NCBI GenBank assembly: GCA_000320545.1
Contig: ADNK01001378.1
Coordinates: 1-64,000 of the forward strand
DNA from: Bigelowiella natans CCMP2755
Taxonomy: Eukaryota; Protista; Cercozoa
Reading direction: 5' to 3'
DNA length: 64,000 nt
The notes below the pieces were generated by a model. It was not told where the DNA came from and made no database searches. It saw nothing but the letters and a program-made list of their open reading frames with translations. The position numbers and the translations under genes were made by a program. Position 1 is the first letter of the stretch; each line of letters begins with the position of its first letter. Positions 28,175 through 41,000 of the stretch are shown one piece after another.

Positions 28175-30315
28175 CTATTTAGATCTGGCAATGGTCATTG
28201 TCGTAGTTGACATAGATCTATATCGTCTCGCCTCCTTCCTGTTACTATCTTTCCAAGGTTCACCATCTCCATCCACAATCGTTACACCAACACTGCGAAA
28301 CGCCTCAATCCACCTGATGACATCAATTCGAATCTTAGATCATGAAAGCTAATTTCACATTTAATTAACTTGAATGGTGAAACATATATCGGATGAAATA
28401 ACGACGCACTTCAATCGGAGCTCATTGCTTTCGAATCGAAAGATGAGGAGTCGCTTGGAAGTAAGGAGATTCAAGTAGCTTATTCTTAGAGCCCTTCCGT
28501 TTGCGGTCTATTAAGATTTTAGAATCAGTCGAACTTGCATAGAAAGTAGCTATATTCTGCACCAGCACATTGAATATTGAACATTGAACTTCGCATTGAT
28601 GCAAGAACTAAATGCTAATCAGAATGGGAAAACGCGCATTACGAATTACAAATGTTCGGTAGGATGTTTAGCAAAATACGAATAATTTGATTGTCGTATA
28701 CTGTTGCAGATCTGTCTCCTTGCGCAGCTTCTGTAACACAATTCTTTCCTTTGGGTGAAACTCGAGATGACGTTGGTCTTCCCAAATGTGCCCGAAGCTT
28801 TGAGTTGAATTCCATCTCTGATATGTGAGAATCCTTTTGAGAAAGGCTATGCGAATCAGGTTTTCTTAAAGTTTTCTTTGCTACTGGACTTCCAACAATG
28901 GAATTTAGACCGTCACTTGATGGTGAAGAAATCTGTACATCACGTTTTCCATCTAAGGATATCATTCTTTCCTTCGATTGGTTGAAGAAATCATTGTTGT
29001 AGCTAGCATAGGTGAACAGCTTCTGAGGCTCTTTCGTTGACTGGGTCGAGAAGTGAGCTTGTGACGATTTTGCTTCAGACAAAATTGCGGTGCTGCCAAT
29101 TAGGTTCACAGTGAAAAGCTCTGCCTCATCATTTTGCGTATGATAGAAGTGAAGACGTTTTCTTTCTTCGACAAGCATGCAGAATAAACGACTGTAATTG
29201 AAATGGCCTTTTATGAGCAGAAAGTCGTAAATATAATGAAACTTCCGTAGAACATTGTATACTGATAGCTTTGATACTAGGCTTGTGAAAGCGTAGAGTC
29301 TATTTTCCGAATCCCAAAACTCGGCTGAATGAGAAATAGAACCAGATACTTGCATGAACATACCATTATCCATCATGCGCTGACCTATGAGAACCGCCCT
29401 TTCCCTGGATGAGCATCTATTTGTATCGACCAGCCATGTAACAAAGTCATGTCCGTAAAAGGAACTCTCGAAACGATGTAGCTTTGCCCATCTTGTCCGC
29501 ACACTTTTGTGCGAATAATAGTATTTTTTAATTTCCATTAATTCGTCCAGAGTCTCTTCCATTGCTACGACTGTGTACGATTGCCTTACCCTTCGCCTTC
29601 TCAATATTCTCCGCATTAGAACCATATTATCAGGTTCAGCCTCATCTCTTTGTTTGGAGGTAAATTTAAACTTAAATCGCATAAAAGAGTCTCTTTCTAA
29701 CAGACTGAACACCTCTGCATATATTCCTCTAAATAAATCGCTTTGAAAATTTCCTTTTGTAGCATCTTCCAATAGTAAGTTAAGAAGCTTGTCGGATACA
29801 TTCAGCTGTTGGGGAGCATTTTCAGCCAAAAATTCTCCGATAATGTTTAACGCGGCTGCACGTCTTCTTTTTAGCCCCTTGATCCGACTATAGGCCTCTA
29901 CAGCGTCAAGGAAATTCAAAGATTCTGCAGCATGTTGCTGCAACAGATACTGAGAGAACTCGTGTTTGAAGAGAGGGTCAGCTAAGCAACTCGACAACCC
30001 TTGCAGATTTTTCTTCGGTAAATGAGGGAGACTACGGCGGTTCAGATGTGATCGAGACATCTTAGCGCTACTCAGACCCCTGGACTCTTTTCGTATTTCA
30101 GGGAGCAATTTCCATTCAGGCTGTGAAATAGATCTCTTGTTGATTCTGGCATCAATATACCTTGGTAAATTACTCGGGTTGTCGTCACGATATTGCTCGA
30201 CGTCATGTAATGGTACACCAGATCTGTCTTTCAATTTATATGTTAACTTCCGTTTCTGTTCCCGCTCGCATGGTGAAGGGAACGGAGTATGTATGTCTGC
30301 AGTTGCACTTTTCAT
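28175..30315 (-). CDS. RGS-DEP-PH domain signalling protein
   Basis: RGS (FSQYLLQQHAAESLNFLDAVEAY..FLAENAPQQLNVS..LLERDSFMRF), DEP (FYGHDFVTWL..SSRERAVLIGQRMMDNG..FWDSENRLYAF), PH N-half (DFLLIKGHFNYSRLFCML..LHFY) and a final exon with RWIEAF. Confidence 0.85.
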
Positions 30316-31329
30316 TCTCACCCCTAAATTTATAACAAGATTTAGCAATGAAACTGTTTTTGGTAATCAGGCAATTAAACCGTACAATTCAAATCTTAAT
30401 GTGGGCAGAGTTTATAGCGACATGTCTTACTCGCTGGAAGAGGGGGCGGAGACTTCTTTTTATTTCCGTGAGAGTCGTCACACGTGAGCGCTCGCCTCCT
30501 TGGGGCAGGAGGTGGCTTTGACATTGACATTCGTATCCCACCCATGTAGGATCTATGATGTTCCTGTGAGGTTTTACCTATAGGAGCTTTCGAGTCGTCG
30601 TCCCCCTACCATATAGTAAAATATATGTATCATTTCTGCGAAAATTTCTATCGAATGGCAATCAAGCTACCGGGATGGAGGGCATCGATGAGCTCCTGAG
30701 AATAATAAGTGTCAACAACATAGGGCCGGGCCGATATGTGTATTCTGAACAAAGTCTAACAACCTAGATTTTGCCCCTTTCAATTCCTGAAACGTGTTCT
30801 CAACCTACATTATGAAATAAATTCATCTGATTTATGTTTTGGATAACAAAAAAACATATTCTTGTTGATAATCAAGAGATCATTTTCAGGATATACCTGA
30901 TGCTGCCGAGAAATTACTTTGCCATCGACACTAGTTATGGTTATGGTGTTAAAGTAAAGTTCAGCTACCCAAAATTCAAACTTATTATTCTTTGTACATT
31001 TTTGGGTTCTCTAAAGTCCAGCCGAATTTCTAATTATGACAACATGTATGTTGAAGTAGTGAGTAAATTATGCCATTCGATATGACATCTCATCTTGCCA
31101 CCTGAACGGTGTTGTCGTTCCCATTAGTTTTTGATTTTCTTTTGGCTTTGATACTATCTGAGTGCATAATATATGTTCACAAAATAATGATCATGCAGTT
31201 AGAAGAGACATGAAATTCAACAAAAGATTTCGACACCTAAGCTCCATCCATGGGTGCTATGCAAGAGCCTTAAAAATTTATGGGACCAAATATAAGCTAC
31301 AATGCAACAAATATTAAATTTTTATTCCT

Positions 31330-34300
31330 ACTTAAGCAAACTATGAGATGCTGAATTAGAAGAATCCGTTGAGGATGAGTTCTGAGCAGTACTCTACATA
31401 TCCAATTGTCAGCAATTAAAACTTAATCCAATCGTCCGATAAAACGTACGCCCTTACCACAAAAGTGCTTTGAGGAGTATTGAAAGGAGTTTTGATGATC
31501 TATGAGGGTCACCAGGCACCACGTTAAGGGATAGTTTTCGTTTGGTGTTCTAAAAGATGTACCGATTTGAAGGTACTTTGAGGAGTGTTTTCTGGGGTTG
31601 TCGTCGCATCCAAAGGCGTGTTAACTTCCCATTGTCCGTGGTTCTTGGTCGACTTACGTGTATCTTTGCGCTTAAAGTCGTCAGGTGAAGGTGCTTGCAA
31701 ATGCGTCACTTCAAAATCACTCTGACTCTGGAAGGTAGAAAGGTATAATTTGTTGTGATTTAAAAATTCAAATTGTTTTTAAATGTTATGTTTATCGCTA
31801 ATTATAAGTTTGTACGACCCATCGTCTTGGACTCTTAGATTGGCTATCTGAGACATTGTCCCATTTATCTGATGGCGAGAAAACACCACCAACAGGTGAT
31901 GCGAGGTTCTGCTCTGGAAGATCCTCAACATTTAATGATGATTTTGCCACGACTGCCATGTTCATCCCGACATTTGATTCTCCAGATCCGATTGAACCAC
32001 ATTCGACAGAATCTACTTTTGACTTACTCCGCGACGTCAATGCGAGAGCCCCGGAGGTACTTTCCATCGAGCTTGCAGAAGTTATCACTTGATTGTCAGA
32101 TCCTGCTGTTATTGATGCCTGCATGTGATTTTCCGATCCAGCCGTTACCGATGATCCTTTTAGGGAGGACATAGCTACAGTAAAGACACAACACAACAAA
32201 TAAAGCAAAGATTCGTTTCAAGTCCGTTCACCTTTTGAAGTAGATGGAGAGCGAATTCTCCTACGTGACTCTATGAGACTTGACTGAGAACTGTTTGACC
32301 CTTCAAAGGAAAAAAATTTAACCTCAAATCTTATTGTCGCTTTCTCAAACTGCCATTTTACCTCTGCGAGGGGGGGGCGGAGACAATGGGGGTATTCGTG
32401 GTGGAGGTGAAGGCGTGGCCCGCCTGGGACTCGTGTCGAATCTCAATTTTGCTTTCGGGGAATTTCTTGTCGATTTGCTATTCCTGGTAAAATCTTGCGT
32501 TCTACTTCTGAGACTCCGTACTTTCTCGTCATATATATGCGCAATTTCCTGAGTCCTGCTTCTCGCTCGGCTCTGTTGATGTCCTGGATAGTGAAACAGG
32601 AGTCAGTGTCTATTCATTCTATTGAATATATGACTGGAAATGAAATGTTCACATTTAGTGAGAGATACCTTTCGATCTTGATTGAGGGGAGGGAGAAGTA
32701 GAGGGAGAGTAAGAACTTTCCTTCCTGCAAGGAGACCTCCTCCGTATGAAACCCTCTGTCTTACTTTTGCTGGCCCTAGGCTTAAAGGTTTCATTTTGGG
32801 GTATGGTCTTCTCTCTTCTATCTGTCGTAACCGATATGCCTATGCCTTTTTCTTCTAGATTGTACATTATACCAAACATGCAAAGATTTTTGTTTCAAAT
32901 AGAAAGATAGTCAGTATTGCAATCAGGTTCGTGTTCATTCCCGAATATATCTGATGGCCAAAATTTTGACTTCACATTAGATATCTCACTATCCCACAGG
33001 CTGCCAGCAAGAGAGAACAGTGTTTACTAGTCACTGCCTATTAGTTGTAAATAATGGACTGTAATATAAACCTTTTGTATTTTTTAGCATAAATCTTGAT
33101 CTCAATTTTGAAACCTACAACCACAAAAAAAATATAGGAGCCTTATTCTCTTAAAATAGTAATCTGTGCGAATCATGTACTTTGTTTTGCTTTGAATGCC
33201 TTTGTTTTTGCTTTCCTGACGTGAAAGACATCTATTAACAGGCAGTTTCTAATTGTGTTGACTTTTATTTTTCCAACCTGGCAAAGCTTGTGGACTTGCA
33301 CTATACGGTCTACCGTTCTGGCTCTTAATACTCTTGACGGGTCTTGAAAATACGATTTTCTTGTTTTTATCCCAAGGGGAGTCACGATTGATTAATACAG
33401 CCGACGTTGAGTTTGTGCTGTTCATTGTAAATGATTGCATGCTCATTAAAAATATTCACATATGTGAATGCTCAATTTATTAAGTTATCTTCTATATTTT
33501 TTGGGAGAGCTTACATTTTATCAACGAGTGCGCCTTTGTTGTCATGGTTTATCTTTACATTTACTTGACGCCTACTTCTATTTTAGATTTTGCGTTAGTT
33601 AAACAATATTTTCGGAACAAATTAGACCCACCCAATCATGTCAACTTTAGCGACTGAGTTTGCTTGCCCTGTTCCCAGAGCGTTACAAGCTTTCGTCCAT
33701 TTTAGAATTTCATCTAAATTTGCCATTATTTAAGAATTTTTGAGTGATCCCTTTGGAAATAAACCTACGCATCCACCTGTGCATTTGCTTGCTATTTGCA
33801 ATTGCTTATCCGAGGTCGTCCAAACTGATTATTTTAAACTGTAAGATACAAACTAATTTAAGTTTTTCATCAATTACGTTCAAATACTCGCCAGGTTCTC
33901 TTCAAACCGGTATCAGACTTGATATTTTTTATCTGATGACGTGAACCATATGGCGTGATTCAATAAAACACACTGAACAAAGGTTTATTAATTCGCAAAT
34001 ATTTTTACCTTTTTGGCACTTGAAATTCGAAACACAAAACTTGGAAGTATTTCCTGATTTGTGGATTGCAAAGTTAATTCTGTTCCTCGAGAATTTATCC
34101 CCGGCAAACCTTGCTAGTTTCTTTCCATTTCGGATGTACAACTTGAGATATAGAAAGTGTCCCATCCACAAAGCTTACTGCCCTTTCGCTCCAAGCCGAG
34201 CACCTCACGTCAGCAGCAAACATCAATTTTGTCACCATTAAAACTCTGGATGTTGACGCTCACGGCATTGCAGCATCCTCAGAACGAGCAATTTTGTGCG
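31330..34300 (-). CDS. Hypothetical multi-exon protein: possible N-terminal PH domain plus Ser/Pro-rich disordered tail
   Basis: Exon-like segments AWSERAVSFVDGTLSI and KWTKACNAL (PH-like), and Ser-rich ORFs at 32655-32879, 31798-32208 and 31524-31709 with minus-strand splice sites. Boundaries uncertain. Confidence 0.45.
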
Positions 34301-35091
34301 GCAGGTAGACATCTCACAGTCTATGAACATACCCTACATCCCTGAAAAGAATAAGAGACGAAGAGAATCCCCTGGGAGGGCTCCTCTGTGCCATCGTCCC
34401 TGTTGTTGGAGTTTGGAAACAATGCAGAACAATGCATGCGATTTTCTATGCGCGACACAAATCTACCGGTGATCCGAGGGAATCTTTTTCGCTCTTCCAG
34501 CACAATCCTCAGCACCGTGCGGAGACGGCAGCGTTTATTATCGCGACAGACATTATCGCTTGTCGCTTAATCAAACCTTATCGTGTTTTTGAGTTAACGT
34601 ACGGGCGAGTATTTGATGGCGGATGTTGTCCTGCGACATGGACATCGTAGCGATTGTCATCAACTTTGGATGAATTGGAATGGCGGACGTTGTCAACCGC
34701 TGACCCTGACTAATTTGCACGGACGCGAACTGGACCTTGAAGTTTATACTCACCTTCTTACAATTTCAAATTCCCTCCTTTCGACTATTCACGAATTTGG
34801 TACTAGAGGAACAAGCAATGGACTACAAACACGGACGATCATCGGTTGGGCATATTGAGAGAAAGGGAGCGCTGGACGGGGAGTCCGTGACATCGGTAGT
34901 GATGGTCTATGGTCGATACCCTCTCTAATAGCAAGGAAGTTGCAAATCAAGAAACTCTTATGAATTAAACCACTTCCACTCATTCTGTATTTCTATATCA
35001 GTAACATATTTAAATTTATATCAGGATAATAGAGCTTCGATAACTATGAGAGAGAGCAGATTGTCCGATTATTCCTCTCAAGCTTTCCTCA

Positions 35092-38000
35092 ATGGCAGCG
35101 AAACAAAAATCAGAGCGAAGACACGACCAAAAGTTGTTATTATTGTGACCACAATATAAGGCACAAAAATGGTGATACATTATCCATGTTAGGAACGATA
35201 CTTGTCGGATTCTCGCCATGCGCTCGCTTCGACAATAACAGAAACGGGCACACCACCAGATGGGACGACCAAGACTGGAGAGACAAAGACAAAACATAAC
35301 AGGAACGAAAGACAAGATGAAAATACTTCCTCTTCAGATTCAGAGTCTTCAGAGATGGAAGTTAAAGACGTGGAGAAAGCTTGCATACTCGAGAAAAAGG
35401 CACCATGGTTCAATAAATATAGATTATAAAGCGTTATTCCCGCTTTATTGTGTACAGGCAAAAGATGCAAAGGCTAAAAAAGAAAATCGAGCGAAGAGAA
35501 CTTTCGCCTTTAAGTAATTTAAATATAAATTTAAGTCATCTTCGTATTTCACCCCATTGTGTTTACAGTATCAACACAATACGAATCAAGTTTTTAAATA
35601 AGGTACAACATTTCAATCCACGATAGGGAATACTAATTTATAGTTTACAGTATAACTATGGAGGAATATTCTTGGAGTTTGAAGTTGGAGGATTGCGAAG
35701 AGAGGTATTCTGGAATATGTATGCACACCAATAAAGTTGCAATGTTTTTGCTTTCTCTGAAAAGGTTTCGTCGGCAACAGAGGTGGAAGAAAAAACGGTA
35801 ATTCGGATAATATGCCCAAATATCTCATCTAATGAACATTTCCGGAATTTATCGCAGATCAAAAAGAAGCATGAAACAAAAGATGGAAAGGGCCATCAAG
35901 AGGAATTTGAAGCGAAGATTACGGAACCCAAAAAAATGATTGAAGTAAAGTTTGTCTATGTGTCACTAAACAACGATAATTTAAGATGATGAGTCACATT
36001 CTCCATAATTTAGATAATTCGACGGCCTGCCAAGAAATATTATACCCGGATTGTGCAGGCATTTTTGTCCACTGAAGACCATGTGAATCAACATCAACAT
36101 AATGTCCTAATGTAGATCGCAAATTTGACGAGGGACACAGATGAACCAGTCACATTCCGAAATCATGCAGTATGGCAAAATATATCATCAATTCACAAAT
36201 AGTCTTATTCCATGTAATTGATAACTTTAAAAGGTTACTGGTGAATGGACAGGTCCTCACTTGCCGTTTTAGTCCTGAATAATGCACCATCATGCATTGC
36301 AGAATCCTTAACTATTCCCTAGGTAGTTACGATCAGCTTGAAGAAGATACTTTGACTCTCCGCATATACCAAGCAAGAACTTTAATGGCGAATGTATTGA
36401 TTGGTAGTTCGACAGATTTATTGCTTTTTAGTAGCTAAAATGTTTTATGTGTAGGAGAGGGGTCAATTAGACTCGTAGATGTGGCAAAAGGAAAGGTGCT
36501 GCAAAAATAACATTACGATCTACCTAAGGTCCGCCTAAGGTTACAAATAAAATATAAGGTAGATCAAGAGATGATAGTATTTCGAAGGACGGAGATTGAG
36601 GAGGCAAGAAAGGAGGCTGTGTGCCAAGCATATTATAAATTTGAACTTGAGGAACTGTTCGATTTCAAGCTTAAGTTCCAAGACTGGGAAATGCAAGTAT
36701 ATCGAAATTTATTCTTTTTCGTAGGTTCTAAAACTTGAAATTGTTAGTTATCTAGAGGTCTGGAGCCCTTGACTTGTGAAGAATGCTGCGCGTTTGGATA
36801 TGGTAGTGGATGGTAGTGGAGTAAAATGTGAAACCTGAATCACATGTATGTGTGTATATGTATATGTGTATATGAAGTGCTATTTCATATCTTCACGTTC
36901 AAATCACTCGCTCTCACGGTGACGTTGTTCGTTGTTGGGGAATCCAAAGGCAATTATTACACCCAACCCTCCATGGCAGTGGCTATATCAGTTGTGGTAA
37001 TCAACAACTTAATCAATGTTCTCTGATCAGACGCTATATTTAATGCGGTAATCAAATCAGAATTCTCACCTATGCTGCTATTTCATACCTTATCAAGCAT
37101 TTCCGGTGAAGATCATATCCAAACTCTGAGAAATAATCATAACATATTTTCAATGTGCAATAGAGTTTTATCCCCTGTATTCCACGAAGACAATCTACTC
37201 ACCTTTGGATGCATCACCATGCCAACAAATGGGGATCAAGACTCGAGGGAAGGTCACTGATTGCTCATCATAAGCCAAAAAATGTGCTTCCTCATAGTTT
37301 ATTCGACTCATCTTCAATTTAGGAGCACCGTCGCCGAAGTCAGTTTTTACGGAACTCGGTGACAACATATTTGTGTTGATTTTTCTCCAAAATAAAAACT
37401 CTTTTCTTAGGTCTGCTCTTGAGAATGACAGACTCGACATTTCAATAATTAAAGGCCATTACTGTAACTTCAACACTTTTTACCCCTTTATTCAGTTCAT
37501 GACTAAATTACCTATCTAAGGCGGATCTTTTTGTGCACGAATGGATTTGTTTTTCCTTTGCCATGGTCCAATTCTTGGGGAGGTAGCATCTCAAATTCGG
37601 TTTTTTCGTTTTGTCAATAATCTTAATCATTCTACAAATTCAAATAGAACACCTATTCCCTTCAAGGAAAGTTGGATTACGGGTAAATGAACATTGAAAT
37701 ATCATTTTTTTCAATCAAATGGGATAACGTATGTGTATTTGATCAGGTATATCGTCGATCCGAAATTTCATCTTATCAACAAATCTGCATCGACGATTGC
37801 ATGCATATTTTCGCCTATCATTACTGCTTGGGATTTTTGCGCCGGTAGCAAGCAAATTCGATCATTTCATTTTGCCATATTAAGAGTTGTTGTATCAAAA
37901 CACCACAGCTCGATGTACTCCAAAGCAACATGCTATCTATCATCATTCGGGCCTGGTCAAAGGTTGGAAATTTAATAAATTAGGACTCTACTAACTTGTC

Positions 38001-41000
38001 GCTTCATTTTTAGGTGTTATACGCTCTGAAGAAGAACCGAGGCAAGCAGATGTTTTGATATCTAATACACTAGTTTAGTATTTTCTAACAAACTTAGATA
38101 TCGACAACTTGGAAATGTGGGACGGCCTTCTGGAGCCAATAAGTTTCTCAGGTTTCACAACACAAACTACTTTCACCAGGAAGAATAAAGTCTCAATTAC
38201 ATTCCTAGATTTCAAATTGGAAAGCGTGACTTATATTTGGCGGTGAAGATTGTCAGAGCGAAAGGGCTGGTGGGTCTTTGAATAGTTATGTCAGCCACCT
38301 TTCAACAATTTGAAATGTTTCTTTTAGATCTCACTGACAGAATATAAAGAGAGTTTATGTCCCAGCGTGACCGTAGATTGGGCTCAAACAAGGAGGTACC
38401 TCATTTCATATTCGTCATAAATGGACAATCAAGAGCCATATAAACAAAAGAGATTAACCAAATATTATTTTGATACATGGCATGCCGCCGTAGGGAAACT
38501 CGCATTCATCGTGATGATCCAGAGCCATTTTTTGATGAATGGGTATACTTTCGCGTGCCAAGGGATGCAAAAAATGAAAATAAGGTGAAGTACAGAGCTC
38601 CATATTCATAGAAATGGAATGTGTACGAGTAAATTCTATAGAATATTAACACAACAGCAATCCATGTTAAAATGTAAATTCTATCATCTGAAGATTCCTG
38701 AAGCGCTAGCAGATTTTGGACCTTTTGGTGCGGGCTCCAAAGTAAATCTGCATATTTTCAACAATTCTAAGCATTAGAATTTCATACTAAATTTTGGTTA
38801 CGAGGTTCTTATAAACGTTTGGGACAACGCTGCGTTTTCTAAGCTCCCTCTTGGTTTCTGCGAGATTGATTTCAATGCAATATATGAGCAGCGAAAGCAA
38901 ATGCTAGTAGAATCAGCAACAACATTAGGTAATATGAGTAATTTGCTGTCCCGTGAAATCTTGCTTCGTTACTTAACCTTTTCGCTGTGCTCAATCCTCC
39001 GTAGGTGTACACATATCGAGATATGTGTTCTGTCAAAAATTCAAACTGAAGGTTAAGCAAAAGATATCATTTGTCCTTCCTCTACAAAGTTATAAATCTT
39101 AGGTGCCAAAACTGAAACAAGGAGAACTGCCGAGAATTTTTCCTTGCAACGAAGCATAGAGGTCCAACTCTTGCAAGAGTTATACAAATATCTTACTGAT
39201 GTGGTTATATTGTTTAGATCATGGCGTACTTTGATATGGGCAGTAGAAGAGTTGGGCCTCCCAAGAGAGATTTCACTTTCGGGTTTTGTGACTTTGACAT
39301 AACTGAAGTGACGTTTGCAACGTCGTATCTGCATCTATGGCGGCTATGGTTTAACAAAATACCTTTTTATAATTCTGTTAAAACAACTATGTGATGTCAA
39401 AGTCCCCATTTGAAGAAAAAGGAGCAAGGCAAAGGTAACGTTCGTTGAAGCTGTCTTATACCCACTAAAATGTAAAATCTACAAATTTATATAGGGCATG
39501 AAACTGACACCAAGGAGGAAGATATTCCAAATAAGAGACTTCAAGGAATATCTGAAAAACATTTCAAACAGGTTTGAAAATTGAATACATTTTTATTCTC
39601 TCTGAACCGAATGTCTTTGTAAGGCTAGGGACTATTGGGTGCAGGCACTTGCACACGTTCCTGAAGCCAGGTTGGAGTATGTCCGTACAAGCAACGTGTT
39701 TATGATTTACTCCTTTTTCTCCCTAGTGACCGATGCTTTGCGTTCTGTGGAATTGATGAGTAAGCAAATCATGAGATTTTCTCCATTTGACAACGTGAAG
39801 ATGACGCGTACGCTGAAAATTTAGATATAGTGGAGAGCTACACTACCTACCTTCGTTCATCACTCGGATCATACCTCCTGCGCAGATACAACAGCCTTCT
39901 AATGTTCTAAACTTCGTAATTCTATCAGTTATATCCTTTGAAACCTATCATTTAGCTTCATTGTGAAATTATCCTTCAAGGTTCACTCTATCGAAGTTGT
40001 AAATCGTCGAAATGGCAAGGTTTATGAGAAGGCAAAGGCGACAATGGAAAAGCTTGGAGGTTACGGAGATTTAAAGGTGATTCTCTCGATTTTATTTTGG
40101 TCATCACCGAGCTTTTGATAGAAATGAAATTTCAAGATTTGGTCCGATCCATGGAACTTTTTGGACAAACGGAGAGGCGACCATAATGATCACGCAGTGC
40201 TCCTTGCAAATTTTTTACTCGGGTACTTTTCTTAATTGTAAAAGTCCCAGTATCACAATGTGATTCTTCTCTTCTTGTCCTTAGCAACATGTTCAACGCG
40301 TACGTGTGCATCGGTAAGAGTACTTGCTCATAAAGTGTAGTTTGTTTTTTGAGAATTCCCCTGTAGGTCGTGTGAGAGTAAAGGGAAGAGGCGCACAGCT
40401 CGAACAACGTGAGTTTAATTCAGTGTAGAAATACTATTGACTAGAATAAAACTTGTTAGAATAAATTAAAATGTAGGAAGAGGACGCAAGAATAAACACA
40501 AAAAGCTGAACAAAGATGATAGAAAGGCCATTCCGGAACGATCCGAGCCTCATGTTTGGGTTCCAAGTGTATTTAATGACACATGACGATGCATGTTAGT
40601 AGATTTTGGTTGTAAATTAATCAGGTAATGACGTTAGAGGATGAGGACCAAAATCAAAACCCTCCATTTTTCAGAACGGTAACAGATAGATAATTAAATT
40701 ATCATTTTTTACAAGGTCCTTGCCTTCAGGTTCGATTCTGGGAGCCATCCAACGGGAGGACGTGGGTTTTATTTGTTAATTCATTCAAATATGTCACCAG
40801 CGTACTTAGCTGGTACATTTTTAAATTTATTTTGGACAGGTATGTTCGAATGAACCCTCCGCGAGGCAAAAACGATAAAATATCAATTGGAAGGCATAAA
40901 TATCCGGTATAAGATTTTTTGCTTTCATTTTGCACGTATCATTAATTGGAAAATATAATCATACACAATTACACAAGATAAAGGAGATTCAAGATGAAGA

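Noticed and set aside
36880-37440. Nested antisense gene within the CEP76-like locus (ORF 37195-37440)
   Set aside because: The same bases parse as short plus-strand host exons with GT-AG boundaries (STVAEVSFYGTR, SALENDRLDISIIK).
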